64,000 nt of DNA. Source: Flavobacteriales bacterium. Its GTDB lineage: Bacteria > Bacteroidota > Bacteroidia > Flavobacteriales_F > PHOS-HE28. Below are positions 20,650-30,009 of this stretch, one piece after another. Both the position numbers and the translations under genes were made by a program. The stretch lies in contig JAHBUL010000010.1 of the NCBI GenBank assembly GCA_019638085.1, forward strand, positions 15,656 through 79,655, in the 5' to 3' direction. Position 1 is the first letter of the stretch; the number at the start of each line of letters is the position of its first letter. The notes beneath the pieces were generated by a model. That model ran no database searches. It worked only from the letters and a program-made list of their open reading frames with translations, and was not told where the DNA came from.

Positions 20650-20733
20650 GTTGATTCTTGTGTTTATCGACCCCATGGGTCGACGTTACAGGTGCCTTCG
20701 TTGAATTCCTCAGCGCCTACTTGTCCTTCCTCC

Positions 20734-21474
20734 TCAGATCACCTTTGCCTCGCTATGCAACAACTCGATCAGCTTCCCGGCCTCTTCCGCAGGGATCATC
20801 TTCACGGCCTGCTTGGGGGGTGGCAATTCGAACTTCACCGTGGTACTGAGGGCTTCGGTGGCGGCTGCCGGGATCACCTGCAGCGGCTTGGTGCGGGCCG
20901 CCATGATGCCGCGCATGTTCGGGATGCGCTGCTCGGCCATGCCTTTCGCGCAGCTCACCACCACCGGTAGCGGGCATTCCACCACTTCCACATCGCCGCG
21001 CACATCGCGCTCGGCAGTGGCTTTTCCATCGGCCACGTCCAGCTTGGTGGCCAGGGAGAGGAAGGGGAGGTCCAGCAATTCGGCCACCATCGGGCCTACC
21101 TGACTGCCGTTGTGGTCAATGGTCTCCTTGCCGGCGAGGATCAGGTCATAGCCCTTATCCTTGGCGAAGGCCGCCACTTGGGCCGCCACATCGTGGCCAT
21201 CCTTGGGCTCGGTGTCCACGCGCACGGCATCATCCGCGCCGATGGCGAGGGCCTTGCGAATGGTGGGTTCGGTGACCGCGCCGCCCACCGTGATGGTAGT
21301 AACGGTACCGCCTTGGGCCTCCTTCAGCTCCAGACCGCGCACCAGCGCATACCATTCATCGTAAGGGTTCACGATGAACTGCACGCCACTGGCATCGTAG
21401 GCTGTGTTGTCGTTGGTGAATGCGATGCGTGCCGTGGTGTCCGGCACGTGGGAGATCAATACAAGGATCTTCAT
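20734..21474 (-). CDS. etfB: Electron transfer flavoprotein beta subunit
   Basis: VPDT, NPYDE, ALAIGADDA, AGKETID.NGSQV, RIPNMRGIM. Confidence 0.97.
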   Translation of the reverse strand: MKILVLISHVPDTTARIAFTNDNTAYDASGVQFIVNPYDEWYALVRGLELKEAQGGTVTTITVGGAVTEPTIRKALAIGADDAVRVDTEPKDGHDVAAQVAAFAKDKGYDLILAGKETIDHNGSQVGPMVAELLDLPFLSLATKLDVADGKATAERDVRGDVEVVECPLPVVVSCAKGMAEQRIPNMRGIMAARTKPLQVIPAAATEALSTTVKFELPPPKQAVKMIPAEEAGKLIELLHSEAKVI

Positions 21475-21497
21475 CTATTTTGCTTGAAATGGAGCGG

Positions 21498-21505
21498 CAA
21501 ACTTA
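21498..21505 (-). promoter_or_regulatory. Bacteroidota -7 box (TAAGTTTG) for etfBA
   Basis: Exact TAnnTTTG match upstream of etfB. Confidence 0.65.
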
Positions 21506-21666
21506 ACCACCGGCGCGCGGATGGTGTGAGAAAGGGGAGGGGATGTCAGGGGGACAGCGTGTGCCGGGGAGAGTGCACCACCTGTTGTACGCCTGAACTT
21601 CCATCCCTCCTCCGGTGTTCATGCACGAAGCGGATGCAATAGGTTCGCGCTCCCATAATTCCCCTT

Positions 21667-22596
21667 ATGAAGAAGATGTTCAAAAAGGTCCTCCACTTCA
21701 CGAAGCGGATGATCACGGAGTACAGCAAGGACAACACCTTCGAGCTGGGTGCGTCCTTGGCCTATTACACCATCCTCTCCATCGTGCCCTTGCTGGTGGT
21801 GGTGATCGCTGTCAGTGGCATCGTGGCCGGTCCCGATGCCGTGCGCGGCCAAGTGTTCAGCCAGTTGGCCGGTCTGGTGGGGCCCGATACCGCCAAGGCC
21901 TTGCAGGACATGCTGGGTGAGGCCTATGTCAGTGGCAAGGGCGTGCTGGCCACCATCATCGGTCTGATCACCTTGTTCATCGGGGCCACGGGCATCTTCA
22001 ATTCGCTGAAAAACTCCCTGAACCGCATTTGGGAGATCGAGCCCAAGCCGAAGAACTCCGTGCTGCATTTCCTGGTCTCGCGGCTGCTTTCGTTCTCCTT
22101 CGTCATGGGTCTGGGCTTCCTGCTCATCGTCACCTTCACGCTCAATGCCTTGGTGAGCGGTTTTGCGGAGCGGCTCGGCCAGTACATGCCGGAGTTGGGT
22201 GCCCAGTTGGTACAGCTGATCTCCTTCGGCATCACCTTCGCGGTGAGCACCTTGGTCTTTGCGTTCATTTTCAAATTCCTTCCCGCCGTGAAGATCGCCT
22301 GGAAGGATGTGCTTCCCGGGGCGGCCTTCACTACCGTCCTGTTCATTTTGGGAGAACTCATCATCGGCCTCTACTTCGATTCCACCGAACCGGCCTCCAT
22401 GTTCGGGGCCGCTGCGGGCCTCATCTCACTGCTCATCTGGACCTTCTACAGTTCGCAGACCTTTTTCTTTGGTGCCGAGTTCGTATACGTTTGGTGCGAG
22501 GTACACGGCAGGCCCATCCAGCCCGCCACGGATGCGGTGAAAGTGGTACGCCGCGTGGTGAAGATGGATCAGGGGAAGGTGGTTGAGTTGGAGTAG
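21667..22596 (+). CDS. YihY/virulence factor BrkB family membrane protein
   Basis: ASLAYYTILSI.PLL, LN.IW, FKFLP, FGAA..LI.LL.W.FYS...F.GAE. Confidence 0.92.
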   Translation: MKKMFKKVLHFTKRMITEYSKDNTFELGASLAYYTILSIVPLLVVVIAVSGIVAGPDAVRGQVFSQLAGLVGPDTAKALQDMLGEAYVSGKGVLATIIGLITLFIGATGIFNSLKNSLNRIWEIEPKPKNSVLHFLVSRLLSFSFVMGLGFLLIVTFTLNALVSGFAERLGQYMPELGAQLVQLISFGITFAVSTLVFAFIFKFLPAVKIAWKDVLPGAAFTTVLFILGELIIGLYFDSTEPASMFGAAAGLISLLIWTFYSSQTFFFGAEFVYVWCEVHGRPIQPATDAVKVVRRVVKMDQGKVVELE

Positions 22597-22668
22597 GTAG
22601 ATGCCGGCCCCTCCCCGGTCTTGAGCGGGTCCGGGAACGTCTTCGGTGCGGAACCACCGGCCTTTTGC

Positions 22669-24402
22669 TCAGTGTGCCACCACCAGCGTCGAGCTTCGAA
22701 CGCCCTGTTCCATGTAGAGCGCGATGCGGTAGGTGCCGCTGGCCCATTCCGCCGTACTGAACCGGGTGGGGATGCGCCCATCCCATACGCGCACCACGCG
22801 TCCGTTCCCGTCCATGGCCACCATGCGCCCATGGGCTGCCTGCTCACCCAAGTCCAAGTGTACAATGCCGTACGCGGGGTTCGGGTACAGCAGCAGCGGC
22901 GTGGCGGAACGGAGGTCCGGGGGGATGGCCGTGATCAGGTCGGTGCCGTACTTTGCCGTGAAGCCGTTCATGCCGTTCGTGGTGAAAATGGAATCCGCTG
23001 GCTGCAGCGGGTCGAAGACGCCCCAATAGCCGAAGCCGCCCGTGACGAAGACGTTCCCTTCGGCATCCGTACACACGCCGTTGGCGGTGTCGAACACCTC
23101 GCCCGCCGCGATGGAAAGCGCCCACGTGAGGTCCCCGTCCGGCGTGTACTTGCCGAGGTAGATATCGTTGGCGAGGCCGGGCACCAGGTTGTACGTGCCG
23201 GGCCCCGGGTCCATGTCCAGCGGGTCAGCGAAATAGGCACCTGTGATGATCACGTTCCCCGTGCTGTCGATGCCGATGTCCGAGACGCCATCGAAGTGGT
23301 TGTTGCCTTGCACGCTGTTGGCCCACAGCGTGGTGCCCGCCGTGTCCAGCTTCGCGAAGTAGTTGTTGGCGTTGAAGCTGTTCCCCACGGCCACCAAGGT
23401 CTTCGTGCCACTGGCCAAGGTGAAGGTGATGCTGTCCTGGTAGGAACCGGTGATGAAGAGATGGCCCTGCCGGTCGCTGAGCACCACTTCAGCACCCTCG
23501 TTCCCCGCGCTTCCGAAGCGCTTGGCCCAGATCAACGTGCCAACGGTGTCGTACTTGCAGAGGAAGGCATCGTTCCCGCCTGCACTGGTGAGCGCGAATT
23601 CATCTTCCGAAGGATCGAAGTCGGTGGTGCCGGAGAAGGAGCCATGCACATAGATATCGCCGGCCCCACCGCAGGTGATGGACCGCGCGTTCTGTGCGCC
23701 GGGACCTTGGATGCCCTTGGCCCAAATGAAGTGGCCGCTCGCATCCAGCTTGGCGATGTAGCTGTCCCAACCGCTGGTGGTGTTCAGGATGGTGATCGCG
23801 TCCGGGGCCATGCCGAAGCGCACGGTGTTGCTCATCCAGCCGGTCACGTAGATGTTTCCAGCTTCATCGAAGTCCACGCCATAGGTCTCGTCGTGCCCCA
23901 CGCCGCCGATGCGTTGCACCCAATGGAAAGCGCCGCTGGTATCATACATCGCCACGAAGCCGTCAGTGCTGCCTGCGGAGGTGAACGCGGTGGTGTCCGC
24001 GCCGGGGTCCCAATCGAAATAGCTGTCGAAGCGCCCCGTGATCAAGAGGTTTCCCTGGCCGTCGAGCTTCAGGCATTTGGGGATCTCCGTGCCGCTGCCG
24101 CCTACGGCCACATGCCAGATATACTGCCCCTCCGGGCCGTACTTCACGATGTAGATGTTGCCGTTGAGGCCGCTCGTGGTATTGAAGGCTTCCCCCGGCC
24201 CGGGGTCGAAGTCCGCCAGGCCGTTCACGTTGCCGCAGACATACACGTTGCCTTCCGGATCGGAGACCATCGCCATGCCGCGCGCCGCCGCCCCCTCGAT
24301 GGGCGCCACCCAAGCAAAGGGCTGGGCGAGGAGCGGGAGCTTTGGACCGAGGATGGCAAGCAGAAGCAGTAGGCGGAAGGAAGGAGGAAGGGTGCGGAGC
24401 AT
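22669..24402 (-). CDS. SBBP-repeat (beta-propeller) secreted protein with T9SS type A CTD
   Basis: Repeats D..GN.Y.TG.F...DFDPG; C-terminal LYPNPA...WASGTY CTD; signal peptide from MLRTLP. Confidence 0.88.
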   Translation of the reverse strand: MLRTLPPSFRLLLLLAILGPKLPLLAQPFAWVAPIEGAAARGMAMVSDPEGNVYVCGNVNGLADFDPGPGEAFNTTSGLNGNIYIVKYGPEGQYIWHVAVGGSGTEIPKCLKLDGQGNLLITGRFDSYFDWDPGADTTAFTSAGSTDGFVAMYDTSGAFHWVQRIGGVGHDETYGVDFDEAGNIYVTGWMSNTVRFGMAPDAITILNTTSGWDSYIAKLDASGHFIWAKGIQGPGAQNARSITCGGAGDIYVHGSFSGTTDFDPSEDEFALTSAGGNDAFLCKYDTVGTLIWAKRFGSAGNEGAEVVLSDRQGHLFITGSYQDSITFTLASGTKTLVAVGNSFNANNYFAKLDTAGTTLWANSVQGNNHFDGVSDIGIDSTGNVIITGAYFADPLDMDPGPGTYNLVPGLANDIYLGKYTPDGDLTWALSIAAGEVFDTANGVCTDAEGNVFVTGGFGYWGVFDPLQPADSIFTTNGMNGFTAKYGTDLITAIPPDLRSATPLLLYPNPAYGIVHLDLGEQAAHGRMVAMDGNGRVVRVWDGRIPTRFSTAEWASGTYRIALYMEQGVRSSTLVVAH

Positions 24403-24425
24403 GGCCGCAAAGATGCGGCGTTCCT

Positions 24426-24533
24426 TCCCTTGCACGTCATTGGCGACGGCGTTCGGAATCCGCGACAGCGCTTTCTGAACACCGGAACAATCTCAGTCGT
24501 GTTGCACGGATCAGCCAAGTGCATTGATGTCAT
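24426..24533 (+). repeat. ~107-bp direct repeat, copy 1 (GTCATTG.GA...CAATCTC REP-like core)
   Basis: tcccttgcacgtcattg...caatctcag.cgt.ttgcacggatcagcc.agtgc.ttgatgt.at shared with 25308-25413. Confidence 0.8.
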
Positions 24534-24607
24534 ATCCTTCAAACTCACGCACGCGCCGTGCAATATCGCAACCAGGTCGCTCGTTCGTGACCACAAAAGC
24601 CCCGGAT

Positions 24608-25261
24608 ATGTTCCATCGCCTCCCGGTCGCACTCCTGCTCATTACGGTTTTCACGCTCTCTTCGTGCAGGAAGGAGGAGGATCTCGACTGCACACCCGGC
24701 GCTTCAAGTGCAACGCTGGATATCGCCACGTTCAGCCAATTGGCCATCGGCAACTATTGGGTGTATGAAAGGCGACAGGTGGACTCATTGGATGTTCCGA
24801 TCAATGAGAACGTGAGGATCGATAGCCTGTTCATATCGGGAGACACCGTATTGAACGGACTCACTTATGCAGTGATCCGCGAAGCACAGAATGGGGGCCT
24901 GGTGCCGATGCAGCGGTTCTGGCGCGACTCTGCGGACTGCATCGTCACATCTGATCACGAGATCTTGTTCTGCTCCGCGACCTTCAACCAGGTGGTCTAC
25001 ACGCATCTGCAATCCCCCTTTCTACAGACCGACTACAGCGTGTCCTCGGCCATGGTCCCCTTGGCCGTTCCGGCAGGGGAGTTCAGTGCATTCGTGATGC
25101 GTGGGCAAGTGACCAGCTTCGCACCATACCCGGTACTGCCGGAATGGAAGCACCCACGATCGTATTGGGCCTACGGTGGGGGTCGCCTCAAGTGGTCCGT
25201 GACCTTCATGAGCAGCCCGTTCGCTTTCCGGTACGAACTTCTCCGCTACCATATTGGATGA
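24608..25261 (+). CDS. Surface lipoprotein of unknown function
   Basis: Lipobox TLSS-C followed by RKEEDLD; L.IGNYWVY and VPAG.F motifs. Confidence 0.8.
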   Translation: MFHRLPVALLLITVFTLSSCRKEEDLDCTPGASSATLDIATFSQLAIGNYWVYERRQVDSLDVPINENVRIDSLFISGDTVLNGLTYAVIREAQNGGLVPMQRFWRDSADCIVTSDHEILFCSATFNQVVYTHLQSPFLQTDYSVSSAMVPLAVPAGEFSAFVMRGQVTSFAPYPVLPEWKHPRSYWAYGGGRLKWSVTFMSSPFAFRYELLRYHIG

Positions 25262-25307
25262 CCGTTCGGATGGCGGATCCGCATAGTGAGGTGTGCCGCG
25301 GAGCCTC

Positions 25308-25413
25308 TCCCTTGCACGTCATTGCGAGGTCTTTGGAGCGCACGATAGTGCGAGCCAGTGGCCGAAGCAATCTCAGGCGTATTGCACGGATCAGCCTAGT
25401 GCGTTGATGTGAT
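25308..25413 (+). repeat. ~107-bp direct repeat, copy 2
   Basis: Matches copy 1; internal cgtcattgcgagg...ccgaagcaatctc hairpin core. Confidence 0.8.
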
Positions 25414-25466
25414 GTCATTGGTGCTGGATGGTGCTTCGCGCCAGTTTGTTCCCTCCTTTACGTATC

Positions 25467-25660
25467 GGAGCCGCCTGACCCCGCTATGCGGCGGGGCGAT
25501 TCAGCAGCCTGCCCGAGCACATGGACAATGTGATGCGCGGGGATGATGGCCACCTGCCGCCAACGGCCATGCTGATCGTACACTGGAATTAAGCAGTACG
25601 GGTGGTCCGCGACCACGGATGGCAATAGGTACAAGGCCTCGGGCGTTCCCGGGGCCTTGT
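25467..25660 (+). ncRNA. Structured non-coding RNA candidate, Bacteroidales-1-motif-like
   Basis: Intergenic run of hairpins (ccccgc/gcgggg, cacat/atgtg, atggcc/ggccat, cgtac/gtacg around GGAATTAAGCAG, gtggtc/gaccac) ending in a strong terminal stem. The segments GCCTGCCCGAG, ATGATGG, GGAATTAAGCAGT, CGACC and AGGTA.AA appear in the order I recall for the Bacteroidales-1 consensus; this is from memory and was not searched. Confidence 0.6.
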
Positions 25661-25666
25661 GCGTTC
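25631..25666 (+). terminator. Terminator-like hairpin closing the ncRNA candidate
   Basis: acaaggcctcggg-cgtt-cccggggccttgt (13-bp stem with one G-U pair); weak U tract. Confidence 0.55.
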
Positions 25667-25850
25667 TGATGGACCCGGTCCCGGAGGCACTCGAAGGGCC
25701 GGGTTCACTACTAACCCACTGCGACGAACGTCCGATACGCGCAGGAAAAAGCGCTCCCCGGATCCCCGGAAAATCTGCTAGAACCAACCCTATCCCAACC
25801 CGGGAGGGGTTTTTTACGTAAGAACGGGCCGGATGCTAAAACCGCACCAG

Positions 25851-26408
25851 ATGAGAACAACATTACACTTCCGTAACATCGCACTGGCATTGCCCATGGT
25901 GGCCTTGCTCATCGGTGGTTGCAAGAAGGAGGAACAAGCGGAGATCATCGTTCCCAAGACCAGCTTCTCCGTGGACTTTCCGGCCATGCCGCTCAGCATT
26001 GATTCCAGCGCCGTGGCAGGTACGTTCGGCGTGAGCATGGCACTGGATGCCAGTGTGCTGGCCCAGGCGCTGCAGGCCCAAAGCTATTCCGTGGGGCAAT
26101 TGACGGAGTTCAAGTTCACCAAGGCACGCCTGTACTTCACCAGTCCGCTGAACAGTTATTACAACTCCGTGCAGTCCGTCACCATCCAGATCGGGGTGGA
26201 CGAATCCGTACCGGTAACGGTGGCCAAGCTGAACCCCGTGCCGGACGGCGCGCAGACGCTGCTGCTGCAGTTGCCTGACGTGAACGTGCTGGACCTGGTG
26301 CAGAGCAGCAATGTGCAGATCATCGCCAAGATGCAGTTCGATGGGCCCATTCCGCAGGTGACCTCGCACACCTTGGTACTGGGTGCGCTGGCCACGGTGA
26401 GCCTGTGA
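25851..26408 (+). CDS. Surface lipoprotein of unknown function
   Basis: Lipobox LLIGG-C followed by KKEEQ; start MRTTL (the ORF extends to 25833). Confidence 0.8.
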   Translation: MRTTLHFRNIALALPMVALLIGGCKKEEQAEIIVPKTSFSVDFPAMPLSIDSSAVAGTFGVSMALDASVLAQALQAQSYSVGQLTEFKFTKARLYFTSPLNSYYNSVQSVTIQIGVDESVPVTVAKLNPVPDGAQTLLLQLPDVNVLDLVQSSNVQIIAKMQFDGPIPQVTSHTLVLGALATVSL

Positions 26409-26499
26409 TCGGCCGGTCCGTACAGCGTTGGATCAACGAGGGGTCCATCGGAGTTCCGTCTCCGGTGGGCCCCTTGTCCATTTCCAGCGGGCGGAGGGC

Positions 26500-26507
26500 T
26501 AACTTTG
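26500..26507 (+). promoter_or_regulatory. Bacteroidota -7 box (TAACTTTG) for pdhB
   Basis: Exact TAnnTTTG match 23 nt before ATG 26531. Confidence 0.7.
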
Positions 26508-26530
26508 CGGTCCAATTTCATACAGAAGTC

Positions 26531-27514
26531 ATGCGTACCGTACAATTCCGTGAGGCCCTGAACGAGGCGATGAGCGAGGAAATGCGCCGTGATCCGAACG
26601 TCTTCCTCATCGGGGAGGAGGTGGCGGAATACAACGGGGCCTACAAAGTGAGCAAGGGCATGCTGGACGAGTTCGGCGCCAAGCGGGTGATCGATACGCC
26701 CATTGCGGAGCTGGGCTTCACCGGCATCGCCGTGGGTGCCGCCATGAACGGGCTGCGGCCCATCGTGGAGTTCATGACCTGGAACTTCGCCGTGCTGGCC
26801 AGTGACCAGATCATCAACTCGGCCGCCAAGATCCTGCAGATGAGCGGGGGGCAGTTCAACATCCCGATCACCTTCCGCGGCGGCAACGGCAGCGCTGGCC
26901 AATTGGCGGCCACCCACAGCCAGAGCTATGAAAGCATGTATGCCAACATCCCCGGCCTGAAGGTGATCACCCCGAGCAATCCGTACGATGCCAAGGGCCT
27001 GCTGAAGGCGGCGATCCGCGATGATGATCCGGTCCTTTTCATGGAAAGCGAGCGCATGTACGGCGACAAGGGCGAGATCCCCGACGGCGAATACCTCCTA
27101 CCCATCGGCGTGGCGGACATCAAGCGGCCCGGTACGGATGCCACCATCGTGAGCTTCGGCAAGATGATGAAGGTAGCCTTGGGCGCAGCCGAGGAGCTGG
27201 CCAAGGACGGCATTGAATGCGAGGTGATCGACCTGCGCACCATCCGCCCGTTGGACCTCGCCACCATCATCACCTCCGTGAAGAAGACCAACCGCTTGGT
27301 GGTGGTGGATGAGAACTTCCCTTATGGCAGCATCGCCAGCGAGATCGCCTTCCGCGTGCAGCGCCATGCCTTCGACCATTTGGATGCACCGGTGGTGCGC
27401 GTGAACCAAGCGGATACGCCGTTGCCCTTCGCCCCGAACCTGATCGATGAATCCCTCCCCAGCGTGAAGCGCGTGGTAGAGGCGGTGAAGAGCGTTTCGT
27501 ACGTGAAAGCCTGA
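26531..27514 (+). CDS. pdhB: Pyruvate dehydrogenase E1 beta subunit
   Basis: REAL.EAMSEEMRRD, GEEVAEYNGAYKVSKG, DTPIAE, EFMTWNF, ATHSQ, EVIDLRTIRPLD. Confidence 0.97.
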   Translation: MRTVQFREALNEAMSEEMRRDPNVFLIGEEVAEYNGAYKVSKGMLDEFGAKRVIDTPIAELGFTGIAVGAAMNGLRPIVEFMTWNFAVLASDQIINSAAKILQMSGGQFNIPITFRGGNGSAGQLAATHSQSYESMYANIPGLKVITPSNPYDAKGLLKAAIRDDDPVLFMESERMYGDKGEIPDGEYLLPIGVADIKRPGTDATIVSFGKMMKVALGAAEELAKDGIECEVIDLRTIRPLDLATIITSVKKTNRLVVVDENFPYGSIASEIAFRVQRHAFDHLDAPVVRVNQADTPLPFAPNLIDESLPSVKRVVEAVKSVSYVKA

Positions 27515-27531
27515 GTGGAGTGTTGTGAAGT

Positions 27532-27616
27532 AGACGCGGAGGTGCAGAGACGCGGAGAAGAGTGTGGGTGACTAGTGACTAGAGAACTCGGGCTCACGAA
27601 TCAGGACTCCCGACTG
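27532..27616. repeat. Composite short-tandem intergenic repeat, copy A (inverted relative to B and C)
   Basis: Its reverse complement cagtcgggagtcctga-ttcgtgagcccgagttctctagtcactagtcacc...tcttctccgcgtctctgc aligns with 36481-36560. Confidence 0.75.
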
Positions 27617-27729
27617 ATTTCCAACACCCAAAGCCGCCTTGTATCCCGCATTCCAAACGTTCGGCTAATTTCGCGCCCCCCGCGAGCGGGGTTCCTTATT
27701 TAAAGAAGACACAAAAGCAAGAGCAGTAA

Positions 27730-29946
27730 ATGGAGAGTCAACTGATGTATTTCATCCCGGTGATGGGCCTGATCGGCTTGTTGGTGATGATCGGCAAGGC
27801 GCTGTGGGTGAACAAGCAGGATGCCGGTACGCCGGAGATGAAGGTGCTTGCAGGTCACATTGCCGATGGGGCCAGTGCATTCCTGAAGGCGGAATGGCGC
27901 GTGATGATCGTTTTCGCTGCGATCGCGGCCGCATTGCTCGCATGGAGCGGAACGTTGGTGGCCCATAGCGATTGGGTGATCGCGATCGCATTCCTGATCG
28001 GGGCCTTCTTCAGCGCCTTCGCGGGCTGGGTGGGCATGAGCGTGGCCACCAAGGCCAACGTGCGCACCACACAGGCCGCACGCACCAGCCTCGGGCAAGC
28101 GTTGAAGGTGAGCTTCAACGGCGGTACCGTGATGGGCCTCGGCGTGGCCGGCTTGGCCGTTGTGGGCATCAGCTCGCTCTTCATCATCTTCCTGAAGATG
28201 TACGTCACCGATGGCGATCCCAATGGAGAACAGATGATGACCGCCTTGGAGGTGCTCGCCGGATTCTCCCTCGGCGCCGAATCCATCGCCCTCTTTGCCC
28301 GTGTGGGCGGCGGCATCTATACCAAGGCCGCCGACGTGGGCGCGGACATCGTGGGTAAGCTGGAGGCCAACATCCCCGAGGATGATGCTCGCAACCCCGC
28401 CACCATCGCCGACAACGTGGGCGATAACGTGGGCGACGTGGCCGGCATGGGAGCCGACCTCTTCGGCAGCTACGTGGCCACCATGCTCGCGACCATGGTA
28501 TTGGGTCGTGAGGTGGTAAGCGCAGACAACTTCGGTGGCATGGCCCCGATCCTCCTGCCGATGGTTATCGCCGGTCTGGGTGTGCTCTTCAGTATAGTGG
28601 GCACCTTCTTCGTGAAGGTGAACAAGGAGAGCGATAGCGTGATGAAGGCACTGAACATCGGTAACTGGGGCTCCATGCTCCTCACCGCGATCGTGGCCTA
28701 TCCGCTGGTACAATGGATGATGCCCGAGACCATGCAGTTCGTCCGCAATGGAGTATCCGTTCCGCTCACCAGCATCAACGTCTTCTTCGCGATCATCCTG
28801 GGCCTGGTAGTGGGCTTCCTGATGAGCGCCGTGACCGAGTACTATACCAGCATGGGCCGTCGCCCGGTGGATAGCATCGTGCAGAAGAGCGGCACGGGCC
28901 ACGGCACCAACGTGATCGGTGGCCTGGCCATGGGCATGGAGAGCACCGTGCTTCCGATCCTGATCCTCGCTGCCGGTATCTGGGGTTCCTTTGAACTGGC
29001 AGGTATGTACGGAGTGGCCATCGCCGCAGCCGGCATGATGTCCACCACGGCCATGCAATTGGCCATCGACGCTTTCGGCCCTATTGCGGACAACGCCGGA
29101 GGAATCGCCGAAATGAGCGGTCTGCCCAAGGAGGTACGTGAGCGCACCGACAACCTGGATGCCGTTGGCAATACCACCGCCGCCACGGGCAAGGGCTTCG
29201 CCATCGCTTCCGCAGCCTTGACCGCCTTGGCACTCTTCGCTGCCTACGTAGGCCTCTCGGGCATTGACGGTATCGATATCTATAAGGCCAATGTGTTGGC
29301 CATGTTGTTCGTGGGTGCCATGATCCCGTTCTTCTTCAGCTCGCTGGCCATCAGCGCCGTGGGCAAGGCCGCCATGGAAATGGTGAAGGAAGTACGCCGC
29401 CAGTTCCGGGAGATCCCCGGCATCATGGAAGGCACCGCCACTCCGGAATATGAGAAGTGTGTGGCCATTAGTACCCAGGCCTCCATCCGCGAGATGATCG
29501 CGCCGGGTGCATTGGCATTGCTATCACCAGTGATCGTGGGCTTCCTGATGGGGCCTGAGGCATTGGGCGGACTGCTGGCCGGTATTACCGTAAGCGGCGT
29601 GCTCATGGGCATGTTCCAGAACAACGCAGGTGGCGCATGGGACAATGCCAAGAAGAGCTTCGAGAAAGGTGCGCTCATCGACGGCGTGATCCACGAAAAA
29701 GGCAGCGATGCACACAAGGCAGCCGTAACAGGTGACACCGTAGGTGATCCCTTCAAGGACACCAGCGGACCTTCGATGAACATCCTGATCAAGCTTACCT
29801 CCATCGTAGCCTTGGTCCTGGCCCCGCACTTGCCCAAGGACGAGGTCCCGGATGCGCACATCATGGTCCCCGAAGCAAAGGAGGTGATCCTGGGCCACGC
29901 CACGGACACCGAGGCACCAGCCGCAGTGTACAAGGTCCCCAACTGA
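27730..29946 (+). CDS. hppA: Membrane-bound ion-translocating pyrophosphatase (K+-dependent type)
   Basis: [46 protein letters not shown] (Ala = K+-dependent), [23 protein letters not shown]. Confidence 0.97.
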   Translation: MESQLMYFIPVMGLIGLLVMIGKALWVNKQDAGTPEMKVLAGHIADGASAFLKAEWRVMIVFAAIAAALLAWSGTLVAHSDWVIAIAFLIGAFFSAFAGWVGMSVATKANVRTTQAARTSLGQALKVSFNGGTVMGLGVAGLAVVGISSLFIIFLKMYVTDGDPNGEQMMTALEVLAGFSLGAESIALFARVGGGIYTKAADVGADIVGKLEANIPEDDARNPATIADNVGDNVGDVAGMGADLFGSYVATMLATMVLGREVVSADNFGGMAPILLPMVIAGLGVLFSIVGTFFVKVNKESDSVMKALNIGNWGSMLLTAIVAYPLVQWMMPETMQFVRNGVSVPLTSINVFFAIILGLVVGFLMSAVTEYYTSMGRRPVDSIVQKSGTGHGTNVIGGLAMGMESTVLPILILAAGIWGSFELAGMYGVAIAAAGMMSTTAMQLAIDAFGPIADNAGGIAEMSGLPKEVRERTDNLDAVGNTTAATGKGFAIASAALTALALFAAYVGLSGIDGIDIYKANVLAMLFVGAMIPFFFSSLAISAVGKAAMEMVKEVRRQFREIPGIMEGTATPEYEKCVAISTQASIREMIAPGALALLSPVIVGFLMGPEALGGLLAGITVSGVLMGMFQNNAGGAWDNAKKSFEKGALIDGVIHEKGSDAHKAAVTGDTVGDPFKDTSGPSMNILIKLTSIVALVLAPHLPKDEVPDAHIMVPEAKEVILGHATDTEAPAAVYKVPN

Positions 29947-29972
29947 ACCGATCAAAGGCCAACAGGCTTTGC

Positions 29973-30008
29973 ATGAAGAGCGCCTCCTCCGGGAGGCGTT
30001 CTTCGTTT
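29973..30008 (+). terminator. Rho-independent terminator after hppA
   Basis: atgaagagcgcctcc-tccg-ggaggcgttcttcgt followed by tt. Confidence 0.75.
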
Positions 30009-30009
30009 G

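Noticed and set aside
22621-24372. 583-aa + strand ORF and other long antisense ORFs (27700-29058, 35006-36469, 47153-48088, 59553-60575, etc.)
   Set aside because: Shadow frames opposite clear genes in high-GC DNA, with His/Arg/Gly-rich composition and no family motifs.
25467-25660. ncRNA candidate as SRP RNA, tRNA, tmRNA or a riboswitch
   Set aside because: No SRP CAGG-GRAA-AGCA helix, no cloverleaf or tRNA-like ends, and no SAM/TPP/cobalamin core; the multi-hairpin layout also differs from the single long rod of classic 6S RNA.
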